This document shows positions 38,769-48,001 of a stretch of 64,000 bases of DNA, piece by piece. Numbering within the stretch: the first letter of the stretch is position 1; each line of letters begins with the position of its first letter. Location: IMG/VR virus record IMGVR_UViG_3300025889_000070. One strand, written 5' to 3'. The notes under the pieces were generated by a model. The model was given only the letters and a program-made list of their open reading frames with translations. It had not been told where the DNA came from and did no database searches. Source of the DNA: a virus. Its lineage: Duplodnaviria; Caudoviricetes. A program made the position numbers and the translations under genes.

Positions 38769-41700
38769 ATGGCTATAACACGCATTAAGACTAACCAGAT
38801 TACAGACCTGGCAGTTACTAATGATAAGATTGCTAATGCTACCATTACTGGTGGTAAACTAGCAAACAGTCTTACATATAGTTCTGACCTTACTGTTTCT
38901 GGAAACCTTACTGTTAGCGGTACAACCACAGCGGTTAGTACAACTAACACACGAGTTGATGACGCCCTGCTCGTATTAGCACAGGGAACAAGCGGGTCTC
39001 CATCTGAAGATTCAGGCTTACTAATTGACCGCGGATCAAGCAGTAACGTAGCATTCTTTTGGGACGAATCAGCAGACCAGTTCGTACTTGCTGATGTAGG
39101 CTCAGAAGATGGAGACACAGTAGGTAACGTAAGTATTTCAAGTTATGCACCAGTACAAATGGGTGCACTAACATCAACAAGTATTACAGCAAGTGGCGCA
39201 GTAAACATTGATGACACAACTGCATCTTCAAGCACATCAACAGGTGCACTTATTGTTGATGGTGGTGTTGGTGTTGCAGGCACAGTTTATGCAACAGCAT
39301 TTAACGGCCCACTAACAGGCAATGCTTCAACAGCATCAGCACTTAGTGGTTCAGTTACAGTTGCACTATCAGGTGATGTAACAGGTAGTGCTACATTTAC
39401 AAGTGCTGGCGACACAGCAAGTATTACAACAACTATTGCTGCTAACAGTGTTGCACTAGGTACAGACACAACTGGTAACTATGTTGCTACTATTGCTGAC
39501 GCAGGCAACAGTGCTATCACAGTTACAAACAGTGGCAGTGAAAATGCAGCAGTAACACTTGACGTTGTTCCAGAAAGAATTCAAGATATTGTTGGTGCAA
39601 TGTTTACTACTACTAACACAGAAAGTGGTATTACTGTAACATATCAGGATGCAACACACGACATCGATCTCAACGTTGATGATTTCACAATCACACTAGG
39701 CGGCGATCTAACAGGTAGTGTAACAATTACAGATCTAGCAAATGCTACTCTAAATGCAACAATTGCAGCAAACAGTGTTGAACTAGGTACAGATACAACT
39801 GGCAACTATGTTGCTACAATCACAGGCGGCAATGGTATTACTTCAAGTGGTGCAACAACAGGCGAGAGCATTGCTCATAGCCTAAGTGTTGACCTAACTG
39901 ACACAAACATCTTTACATCAGGAAACACTGTAAGTAGAGCAGTGGTTCGTGATGGAAGTGGTAACTTTAGTGCAGGTACAATTACTGCAAATATTGATGG
40001 TATCATTGGTGGAAACACACCTGCAGCAGGTACATTTACAACCCTTACTGCAAGTGGAACAACTAACCTAAATGGTGCAGTTAATCTAGGTGATGCATCA
40101 GGTGATGCTATTGCAATCGTAGGCACTGCTACATTTACACAGAGTGCAGACTTTGATGGCGGTTTTACAGTTGCAGCAAGTCAGACACTTAATGCAGGTG
40201 CAAACAAGATCACTAACGTAGCAGATCCAGTTTCAGCACAAGACGCTGCTACTAAAGCATATGTTGATAGCGAAGTATCTAGTGGTTCAGCACTAGCTAT
40301 TGCTGGTGACAGTGGTACAGACACAGTTACAGTTGGTACAGATACATTTACTTTTGCTGGTACTGCTAACGAAGTAGCAACTACTGTAACAAATAACCAA
40401 GTACAAATTGGACTAGCAAGTGATGTTAATATTAGTAATAACCTAGTAGTTGCTGGTAACCTAACAGTTAATGGTACAACAACTACACTTTCAACTACAA
40501 ACTCAGTAGTCAGTGACGCACTTATCGAACTTAACTCAGGAGCAACTTCAAATGCTAACGACTTGGGCTTGATTTTCGAGCGTGGTTCAACTGGTGACAA
40601 TGCTGTGTTTGCTTGGGATGAGAGTGCAGACAAGTTTACACTTGGTACAACATCAGCGACAGGTGCAAGTACAGGCGATTTAACAATCACTAGTGGTACA
40701 CTTGTAGCAGCTCTAGAAGGTAATGCTAGTACAGCATCAGCACTTCAAACAGCAAGAGCAATTGCACTAAGTGGTGATGTAACTGGTACTGCTAACTTTG
40801 ATGGTAGTGCAGGTATTACTATTTCTACAACAATTGCTGCTAATAGTGTTGCATTAGGCACAGATACTACTGGCAACTATGTACAAAGCATTGCAGACGC
40901 AGGTAGTTCACAGTTTACTATCACAAATGGCACAGCAGAAGGTGGTGCAGCAACAATCGCACTAGCAAACAATGCTGTAACACTTGGCACACACACAACT
41001 GGTAACTACGTTGCTACTATTACAGGTGGTGCTGGTATTGCTTCAAGTGGTGCAACAACAGGCGAGAGCATTGCTCACAGCTTGAGTGTTGACCTAACTG
41101 ATACATCAGTGTTTAACAGTGATGGTACAGTAAGTACAGCGGTTGTCCTAGACGGCAGTGGTAACTTTAGTGCTGGCACAATTACAGCAAGCCTAACTGG
41201 TACTGCAAGTACTGCAACACAAGTTACTGCAACAGCAAATGATGCTACAAACGAAACTGTATATCTAACATTTGTTGATGGTCAAAGTGGCGCACAGGAT
41301 ATTGAAACAGATATTTCACTAACTTGGAACCCAAGTACAAACACACTAGCAGCAGCTAATGTTACAGGTAACGCAAGTACAGCATCAGCTCTTGCTGTTG
41401 CAAGAGCAATTGCACTAAGTGGTGATGTAACTGGTACTGCTAACTTTGATGGTAGTGCAGGTATTACTATTTCTACAACAATTGCAGCTAACTCAGTTGC
41501 ACTAGGTACAGACACAACTGGTAACTACGTTGATGATATTACTGGCGGTGCAGGTATTACTGTTACACATACACCAGGAGAAGGTAGTGATCCAACAGTT
41601 GCAGTTGATCTAGCTGACACAAACATCTTTACATCAACAAACACTGCAAGTAGAGCAGTTGTTCGTGATGGAAGTGGTAACTTTGCAGCAGGTACTGTTA

Positions 41701-42821
41701 CAACTACAAATATTGATGGTATCCTAGGTGCTAACACAGCGGCAGCGGCTACTGTTACAACACTTACTGCAAGCGGTCTAGCTCAACTAGATGGTGGTAT
41801 GGATGTTGATGGTGCGTTTGTTGTTGCAAATACAACTGGTAACATTAGTACAACTGGTACAGCAATCATTGGTAGTGCAACACCAACAACTGGTGTAACA
41901 CTTAAGATTGATGCAACAGATAGTATGTTATTACCAGCTGGTACAACAAGTAATCGTCCTGTAACACCAGTAACAGGCATGTTCCGTTATAATACAACAG
42001 GTAACAACCTAGAGTATTATTCCAACACCGCCTGGACTAGCCTAAGCTCAGACTTCACAGTTGCTACATCACAGACATTTAACGGTGATAGCGCAACAAC
42101 AGCATTTACACTTAGCTCACTTAGTGGGGCAGACAGTTACACAACTGCTGGTTTACTAGTAATGCTAAACGGTGTTGTTCAACAGCCAACAGAAGTTTAC
42201 AGTGTTAGTGGCACAACGCTTACATTTACTACAGCACCAGCAACTGGTGACCTAATTGAAGTTCGTAAGTTCACAACCACAACCACAGTTACCGCACTCA
42301 GCGATAGTGATGGTGATACACTTGTACAAGCTGAGGAAAGTGCAGACGAAGATAAAGTACGCATTGACGCAGGCGGAAGTGAAATCGCTGTATTTGATGC
42401 CAGTGGTATTACACTTACAACTGGTAGCTTTGTTGGTACAGCAACACAGGCACAATACGCTGACCTTGCAGAACGTTATGCAAGTGACAGTTATATTGAT
42501 GCTGGTACAGTTGTTGAGTTTGTTGGTGAAGGTAAAGTAGCAGTTTGCGAAACTGACGGTACACGCAGTGTAGCAGGTGTTGTTTCAACTGATCCAGCAT
42601 ACCTAATGAACAGCAAGCAAGAAGGTGTAAACCTAGCACTTGCTGGTCGTGTTCCAGTTAAAGTTACAGGTTCAATTCAGGCAGGTGATCTACTCGTAGC
42701 AGCAGGCAATGGCCGCGCTCGCGCAGAGGCAGATCCAAAACTAGGCACAGTAATCGGTAAAGCAATCGAAACCCACACAGGCGACGAAGGCGTTATCGAA
42801 GTTCTAATCCTAATGATGTAA
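38769..42821 (+). CDS. Long tail fibre with internal repeats and C-terminal peptidase-G2-like intramolecular chaperone
   Basis: 1350 aa; NSV(A/E)LGTDTTGNYV-type repeat x5; C-terminal QYADLAERY...GVVST.PAYLMN...LALAGRVPVKV.G....GDLLV...VIGKA. Confidence 0.8.
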   Translation: MAITRIKTNQITDLAVTNDKIANATITGGKLANSLTYSSDLTVSGNLTVSGTTTAVSTTNTRVDDALLVLAQGTSGSPSEDSGLLIDRGSSSNVAFFWDESADQFVLADVGSEDGDTVGNVSISSYAPVQMGALTSTSITASGAVNIDDTTASSSTSTGALIVDGGVGVAGTVYATAFNGPLTGNASTASALSGSVTVALSGDVTGSATFTSAGDTASITTTIAANSVALGTDTTGNYVATIADAGNSAITVTNSGSENAAVTLDVVPERIQDIVGAMFTTTNTESGITVTYQDATHDIDLNVDDFTITLGGDLTGSVTITDLANATLNATIAANSVELGTDTTGNYVATITGGNGITSSGATTGESIAHSLSVDLTDTNIFTSGNTVSRAVVRDGSGNFSAGTITANIDGIIGGNTPAAGTFTTLTASGTTNLNGAVNLGDASGDAIAIVGTATFTQSADFDGGFTVAASQTLNAGANKITNVADPVSAQDAATKAYVDSEVSSGSALAIAGDSGTDTVTVGTDTFTFAGTANEVATTVTNNQVQIGLASDVNISNNLVVAGNLTVNGTTTTLSTTNSVVSDALIELNSGATSNANDLGLIFERGSTGDNAVFAWDESADKFTLGTTSATGASTGDLTITSGTLVAALEGNASTASALQTARAIALSGDVTGTANFDGSAGITISTTIAANSVALGTDTTGNYVQSIADAGSSQFTITNGTAEGGAATIALANNAVTLGTHTTGNYVATITGGAGIASSGATTGESIAHSLSVDLTDTSVFNSDGTVSTAVVLDGSGNFSAGTITASLTGTASTATQVTATANDATNETVYLTFVDGQSGAQDIETDISLTWNPSTNTLAAANVTGNASTASALAVARAIALSGDVTGTANFDGSAGITISTTIAANSVALGTDTTGNYVDDITGGAGITVTHTPGEGSDPTVAVDLADTNIFTSTNTASRAVVRDGSGNFAAGTVTTTNIDGILGANTAAAATVTTLTASGLAQLDGGMDVDGAFVVANTTGNISTTGTAIIGSATPTTGVTLKIDATDSMLLPAGTTSNRPVTPVTGMFRYNTTGNNLEYYSNTAWTSLSSDFTVATSQTFNGDSATTAFTLSSLSGADSYTTAGLLVMLNGVVQQPTEVYSVSGTTLTFTTAPATGDLIEVRKFTTTTTVTALSDSDGDTLVQAEESADEDKVRIDAGGSEIAVFDASGITLTTGSFVGTATQAQYADLAERYASDSYIDAGTVVEFVGEGKVAVCETDGTRSVAGVVSTDPAYLMNSKQEGVNLALAGRVPVKVTGSIQAGDLLVAAGNGRARAEADPKLGTVIGKAIETHTGDEGVIEVLILMM
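40752..41485 (+). repeat. Identical 86-nt direct repeat pair within the fibre gene (40752-40837 and 41400-41485)
   Basis: GCAAGAGCAATTGCACTAAGTGGTGATGTAACTGG...ACAACAATTGC is identical in both copies. A 37-nt identical pair also lies at 39841 and 41041. Confidence 0.9.
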
Positions 42822-42848
42822 TATTACAGCATTAGTTGAAGACAAGAA

Positions 42849-42880
42849 ATAGGGAGGATTCGTCCTCCCTATTTTTTTTT
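42849..42880 (+). terminator. Intrinsic terminator with UUCG tetraloop
   Basis: ATAGGGAGGA-TTCG-TCCTCCCTAT followed by a T-run. Confidence 0.92.
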
Positions 42881-42915
42881 GCTAAATAGTAACATATATT
42901 CAGGATTCTTAAAAT

Positions 42916-45900
42916 ATGGCATTTACTAGACCTAAAGCAGCACAAATTGATTTTGATGTAACTAACATAACTGACCCACTTATTAGATTAAACAGCGGTC
43001 AAACAGGTTCTCCTACTAAAGATGTAGGTATAGTTGTAGAACGTGGTGATAGTACTAATGCTGCTATAATATATGATGAAAGTGCTGATCAGTTTGTGTT
43101 TATTAACACAACAGAAACAGGTACTACAAGCGGTAACGTAACCATTAGCAGTTATGCTGGATTACAAGCAAATGCTATTGTATATGGTTCACTTAATGAT
43201 GGCACTACCACACTAACTGCTACAGCAACAGAACTTAACCTACTGGATGGTGTTACTGCCACCACTGCTGAACTTAATATATTAGACGGCGTTACTGCCA
43301 CCACTGCTGAACTTAATATATTAGACGGCGTTACTGCCACCACTGCTGAACTAAACTATGTTGACGGTGTTACTAGTGCTATTCAAACTCAGTTAGACGG
43401 TAAGTTAACACTGTCTGGGGGTACTATGAGTGGCATTATTGCCGGTTTTGAATCAACTGGTATTGACGACAATGCCAGCAGCACGGCTGTTACAATTGAC
43501 AGCAGCCAAAACACCACCTTCGCAGGTGATGTGACGGTCAATGGTGGCAACGTGACGCTTACCGACGCAACCAGTGCACGACTGACCCTCAATGACACAG
43601 GGGGGACTAGTTGGGCGATTTCGTCTGCGGCTGACGATCTTACATTCGGAATTAGTGGCGTCGCAAACTATCTCACGCTGAACAATACGTCAGCCACCTT
43701 CGCTGGCACCCTCTCGGCTGGCGCGACGACTGTTACAGACCAACTATACATCAATCGTTCTAGCGTCGGGTCAACGGCTGTCTCGGCAGCAGACGACCTT
43801 GTTATCGAAAAGACCGGCGATACTGGCGTTACGATCCTGTCAACGACGGCGGGGCGTTATGCTTTTGGTGACGCTGCCGATAGCTACAACGGTGCGGTAA
43901 TTTACGATCATTCCGCCGATGCGATGACGTTGTACGTCAATAACGCTGATGCCCTCACCATAGACAGCAGCGGTAATGTTGGTATTGGCACTACTTCCCC
44001 AGTAGCTCAATTTGAAAGCCAAGCTGCAAGTGGCACACTTCAAACTCGCACTAAAGTAAATGGAAGTACTGCATCAGACATTGCTGAACTTGGTATATCT
44101 ACTGGTACTCGTACATATTTAATTCAATCTAAAGGTTCATCAGGTGACTTTGTAATTCGTGATAGCACGGGTGCGGCTGATAGAATTACTATGGACACTT
44201 CAGGCAACGCCACCTTCGCCGGTGCAGTATCTATGGGGCCGGGAGACTGGCCTACTACAACGATTGGTCAATCAGCGGGTCGTGCTGCTGTTTTAAATGA
44301 TACTCAAGGGATTCTTGTTGTTGCGGATATGGGTGCAACGGCTGGAGCAACAAAAGCGGGTGCTATTGTATTAGGTGGACGAAACACAACAGGCACACCG
44401 AACCTTGCTTACGCTCAGATTAAAGGCGCTAAAGCTAGTGGGTCTGGTACTTGGGGTTCTACACTAGCACTGTCTACACAAACAACTGGCGCAACGATTG
44501 TTGATGCGCTGACGATTGACCAAAACCAAAACGCCACCTTCGCGGGTACTATCTCGGCCACTTCTGGCACTTTCACAGACAACACCACTGTTCAGAAAGC
44601 CAGTACTCAGACGTATTCTGACACTGCTGTATTCGAAGGGTTTTATCTCACCAATACCAACCCAACAATCAACGCGGGCGTAGGCATTATATGGACCCTT
44701 GGCACGGATGCTCAGGCGGCTATCTCGGCATCACGCCCATCAAACAATAATTCGGTCCTGCATTTCCAGACAGAGCAAGGCGGAACCATTGGCACTGTTT
44801 TGGAATTGGACAATTCTGGCAACGCCACGTTTTCTGGTAATATTATTGCTGATGCAGCAACACCACAAATCTTATGGAAGGTTAGTGGAACAGAAAAAGG
44901 ATATGCTAGAATCAGTAGCAACACACTACAAATTAACGCTACTAATGACATGGCTCTTAGAACAGGTGGGGCAACAGCCCTTACCATAGACAGCAGCCAG
45001 AATGTCGGCATTGGGACGAGCAGCATTGCTAATAAACTTGATGTCAGTGGAGACATTGGTGTACTAGCACAGAATGAAGTAAAATTTTATGACAGTGACA
45101 GTTCAAATTATACTTCATTTAGAGGAGCTAGCTCAGTCACTAGTAATATTGTTTGGACCTTGCCTAATGCAGACGGAACCGATGGGCAGGTATTGAGCAC
45201 CAATGGCGGCGGCACACTTAGTTGGGCAGACGCCGGCGGTGGCGGTGGTGGCGTCTTCTCGGAAATCGCCGATCAAAGTGAAGCGGAAGCAGGAACCAAC
45301 AACACAAAGGGCATGACTCCGCTTCGCGTAAAGCAGGCGGTCGATAGCTACGGTGTCATCACCTCGACGGATGTCGGAACAAGTGGCGCTAATAAAATCC
45401 TAAAACTTGATGAAAGTGGGGCACTTCCCGCAATTAGTGGTGCCAATTTAACGGGTTTGCCGGCATCTGGCGGCACGGTTGATTTGACGGCATCCGGCGC
45501 GATTACGGCGGGGAAAACGCTGATCCTCAACTCGGACGGCACTGTGTCACAGGTGGCTCAAACTGGTCCGACCGAATTAATTGGCAGCGCCTACGCTCCT
45601 TTCAACCCGACTGGCGACAATGGTTTTATAGCTTATAACACAACTGCCGACCGATTTATTGTAGTTGGCTCGGACCGCTACGGCTCTACTCACGGAATAT
45701 ATGCGACCGTACTCGAGTTAAACTCATCTATGGCAATCACTGAAACGGTTGCTCCGACACAGGTCACGGGTGCGATTACTGTTTATTCGGTTGAATACAG
45801 CCCAACACATGATCGAGTCATTTGCCACTACCAAAATTCAAGCCCCTATTACGTGGGCGTGAATACAATAAGTTACAGCGTTGCTAATGGTCTCGACATT

Positions 45901-46965
45901 GACTCGATAACAAACGTCAACGCATCAAACCAACCTTATGGTTCGACCACTTTTATTCATAACAATGACGCCACGATTGCCAGCACATACGGCACAACAA
46001 CTAGCACAACAACGCATAAAATGAAATTCGGCGCGTTGACTGCCGGGTCAGACGCCAGTCTGGACAGTATCGCTTATGGTTCCGAGCTAAATACCGGCGT
46101 TTCAAGTGGCGGAGGAACATATCATTATTATTTTACGTTCATCGAGTTCCCTGTCGAAAATTACTTAATGATTCTGAAGCATGAATATTTTGGCGCGACC
46201 GACTACCGGGTGAGACTAGGCTACGGAACTACTAGCGGTACTGGAACCTCAACGACTTATTCTGAAAGCGGCGAGGACAACTGGAGCGACACCGACCGCT
46301 TTGATTTTCAGGGCGGCCCTTTCTACAGCGCCGATTTAAATCGAGGCATTTGGTTCGACGGCAAACATCTGCGAACTCTGAGCATGGCTGGAGGCTCGTT
46401 CGCAAAGAGCGCATTGCATACCGTTCAATCAGCTTTTGCTTCGTATTCTGGTCACGATTCTTGCGCGATCCCCGGCACGAATATCGTTGTCGTTTTTGCT
46501 GGCGATGCCTACAACTCCAACCGTCTATCGTATTGGGTCATTACGGTCACCGCTGGAGCGACGGCGGCAACGGACACTTTCAGCACGGACGGGCCACACG
46601 AAATCAGCACCGATACTGTCTACGGTAATGTTGGCGCGGCTTATTCGCCAGACGTCGATGGATTTTTGGTGCGTGTTAGACTGTCCTACGGCGGGTCGAA
46701 AACGTATGGAGTTCGCGTTGGACGAAGCTCGACAAATATCACCGCTACAAATTTTTTAGGTTTTGCGGAAAACAGCGCGAGCGACGGACAAACAGTTACG
46801 GTGCAATTGCCCGGCGCGATTGCGGTTCCAACACAGGGGTCGTTAACGGTCGGAACAACATACTACGTTAACGCCGACGGCACGATTGGCACATCAGATG
46901 CCGGATACGGTAAAGCCGGGCGAGCCGTTAGCAGCACACAGCTTGTGGTAGAGGAGCGCGCGTAA
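42916..46965 (+). CDS. Mosaic long tail fibre / receptor-binding protein
   Basis: 1349 aa; N-terminal module shared with other fibres; ATTAELNILDGVT repeats; repeated TIDSSxN motifs; GC-rich, aromatic-rich distal domain. Confidence 0.8.
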   Translation: MAFTRPKAAQIDFDVTNITDPLIRLNSGQTGSPTKDVGIVVERGDSTNAAIIYDESADQFVFINTTETGTTSGNVTISSYAGLQANAIVYGSLNDGTTTLTATATELNLLDGVTATTAELNILDGVTATTAELNILDGVTATTAELNYVDGVTSAIQTQLDGKLTLSGGTMSGIIAGFESTGIDDNASSTAVTIDSSQNTTFAGDVTVNGGNVTLTDATSARLTLNDTGGTSWAISSAADDLTFGISGVANYLTLNNTSATFAGTLSAGATTVTDQLYINRSSVGSTAVSAADDLVIEKTGDTGVTILSTTAGRYAFGDAADSYNGAVIYDHSADAMTLYVNNADALTIDSSGNVGIGTTSPVAQFESQAASGTLQTRTKVNGSTASDIAELGISTGTRTYLIQSKGSSGDFVIRDSTGAADRITMDTSGNATFAGAVSMGPGDWPTTTIGQSAGRAAVLNDTQGILVVADMGATAGATKAGAIVLGGRNTTGTPNLAYAQIKGAKASGSGTWGSTLALSTQTTGATIVDALTIDQNQNATFAGTISATSGTFTDNTTVQKASTQTYSDTAVFEGFYLTNTNPTINAGVGIIWTLGTDAQAAISASRPSNNNSVLHFQTEQGGTIGTVLELDNSGNATFSGNIIADAATPQILWKVSGTEKGYARISSNTLQINATNDMALRTGGATALTIDSSQNVGIGTSSIANKLDVSGDIGVLAQNEVKFYDSDSSNYTSFRGASSVTSNIVWTLPNADGTDGQVLSTNGGGTLSWADAGGGGGGVFSEIADQSEAEAGTNNTKGMTPLRVKQAVDSYGVITSTDVGTSGANKILKLDESGALPAISGANLTGLPASGGTVDLTASGAITAGKTLILNSDGTVSQVAQTGPTELIGSAYAPFNPTGDNGFIAYNTTADRFIVVGSDRYGSTHGIYATVLELNSSMAITETVAPTQVTGAITVYSVEYSPTHDRVICHYQNSSPYYVGVNTISYSVANGLDIDSITNVNASNQPYGSTTFIHNNDATIASTYGTTTSTTTHKMKFGALTAGSDASLDSIAYGSELNTGVSSGGGTYHYYFTFIEFPVENYLMILKHEYFGATDYRVRLGYGTTSGTGTSTTYSESGEDNWSDTDRFDFQGGPFYSADLNRGIWFDGKHLRTLSMAGGSFAKSALHTVQSAFASYSGHDSCAIPGTNIVVVFAGDAYNSNRLSYWVITVTAGATAATDTFSTDGPHEISTDTVYGNVGAAYSPDVDGFLVRVRLSYGGSKTYGVRVGRSSTNITATNFLGFAENSASDGQTVTVQLPGAIAVPTQGSLTVGTTYYVNADGTIGTSDAGYGKAGRAVSSTQLVVEERA
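43216..43375 (+). repeat. 39-nt (13-aa) coding tandem repeat, about 4 copies
   Basis: GTTACTGCCACCACTGCTGAACTTAATATATTAGACGGC at 43252 and 43291, partial at 43330, diverged copy at ~43216. Confidence 0.9.
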
Positions 46966-47273
46966 TGGCAATTATAGCTAGCGACGGAACAGTTCGTTTT
47001 ACCGATGCCGCTGAAGCACAGACACTCCTCACACCGCACGTTAAAGCCGAGTGCGAACGTCGTATTTTGGCAATCATGCCTGGCTGGAAACAGCGAAACA
47101 CAATTGCTGATCTGTCTTCTGACAACGCCGACACGAAAGCGGCAGCGACAACAGCTTGGGCGCAAGTCACCGCATTGCGAACAAAGTCGAACGAGATAGA
47201 GGCGTCGATCTTGTCGATGACAGATCAACAAATTCTTGAGTTTGACGCACGCGACGACGCGCACTGGGAATGA
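46965..47273 (+). CDS. Small protein coupled to the fibre tip, probable fibre assembly/chaperone
   Basis: TAATG overlap with fibre gene; 102 aa, GC-rich; WKQRN...W.....LRTKSNEIE resembles fibre-associated small proteins. Confidence 0.6.
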   Translation: MAIIASDGTVRFTDAAEAQTLLTPHVKAECERRILAIMPGWKQRNTIADLSSDNADTKAAATTAWAQVTALRTKSNEIEASILSMTDQQILEFDARDDAHWE

Positions 47274-47386
47274 GCCGCGATCCCGACATCGCGATTGGGG
47301 CTACCGCTGCCGCAGGCGGAAGCGCTGGCATGACCATGCACTTGCTCGCGGACACGCTGTCGCTTCAGGTACTGGCTTGGATCTAG
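47270..47386 (+). pseudogene. 38-aa hydrophobic ORF, possible truncated holin-like gene
   Basis: ATGA overlap with 47273 stop; MSRDPDIAIGATAAAGGSAGMTMHLLADTLSLQVLAWI*; ends where the sequence returns to AT-rich. Confidence 0.4.
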
Positions 47387-47392
47387 GAACAT

Positions 47393-47400
47393 TATAAATA
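47393..47400 (+). promoter_or_regulatory. T4-type late promoter TATAAATA
   Basis: Exact consensus, followed by AGGAG and ATG 47418. Confidence 0.8.
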
Positions 47401-47417
47401 TAAGACAGGAGTAAACT

Positions 47418-47981
47418 ATGCCTACAGTATTACAATTTAGAAGAGGAACCACAGCACAAAATAACGCTTATACTGGTAGTGTGGGCGAGTTAACTATTGA
47501 CACTACACTTGATGCAATACGTGTTCATGATGGCTCAACAGCAGGTGGTTTTGAGGTTCAGGCTAGACAAGCAAAATACGCCGACGTTGCTGAACGCTAT
47601 GAAGCTGACGCAGTTTATGAGCCTGGCACAGTATTAGTTCTTGGCGGCGAAAAAGAGGTAACAAGATCAACCGGAAGACTCAATAAAAGTGTTATTGGTG
47701 TAGTTAGTACAGCGCCTTATTGTGTTATGAACAGCCCACACAGAGAGCCAGATAAAACGGATGAACTAAATCCAGCAGTTGCTCTACTAGGCAGAGTTCC
47801 TTGTAAAGTTATTGGTTCAGTAAACAAAGGTGATTTAATGGTTACTGGCAGCGAACCTGGTTATGCTGAAGCATGGCGTGAAGAAGGCAATCCGCCAACA
47901 GGAACCGTTTTTGGTAAAGCTCTAGAAAATAAAGAAGACAGAGAAAGCGGAGTTATAACTGTAGTTGTGGGCATAAAATAA
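47418..47981 (+). CDS. Mtd-N-like N-terminus fused to peptidase-G2-like chaperone domain
   Basis: MPTVLQFRRGT...GELTIDT...IRVHDG.T.GG (major tropism determinant N-terminal-like), then KYADVAERY...GVVST.P...MN...ALLGRVPCKV.G...GDLMV. Confidence 0.7.
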   Translation: MPTVLQFRRGTTAQNNAYTGSVGELTIDTTLDAIRVHDGSTAGGFEVQARQAKYADVAERYEADAVYEPGTVLVLGGEKEVTRSTGRLNKSVIGVVSTAPYCVMNSPHREPDKTDELNPAVALLGRVPCKVIGSVNKGDLMVTGSEPGYAEAWREEGNPPTGTVFGKALENKEDRESGVITVVVGIK

Positions 47982-48001
47982 GTTAGTAGTTAAAATAAAA
48001 A

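Noticed and set aside
43216-43375. 39-nt direct repeats as a CRISPR array
   Set aside because: Units abut with no spacers, are in frame inside a fibre gene, and no cas genes are present.
43480-47390. GC-rich segment as contamination or misassembly
   Set aside because: The reading frame is continuous across the GC shifts and junctions fall at recurring protein motifs. Read mapping is still needed to exclude a chimera fully.
39841-47981. Diversity-generating retroelement (repeat pairs plus Mtd-N-like domain)
   Set aside because: No reverse transcriptase in the window. Both repeat copies lie inside one ORF, and flanking mismatches are synonymous and not adenine-specific.
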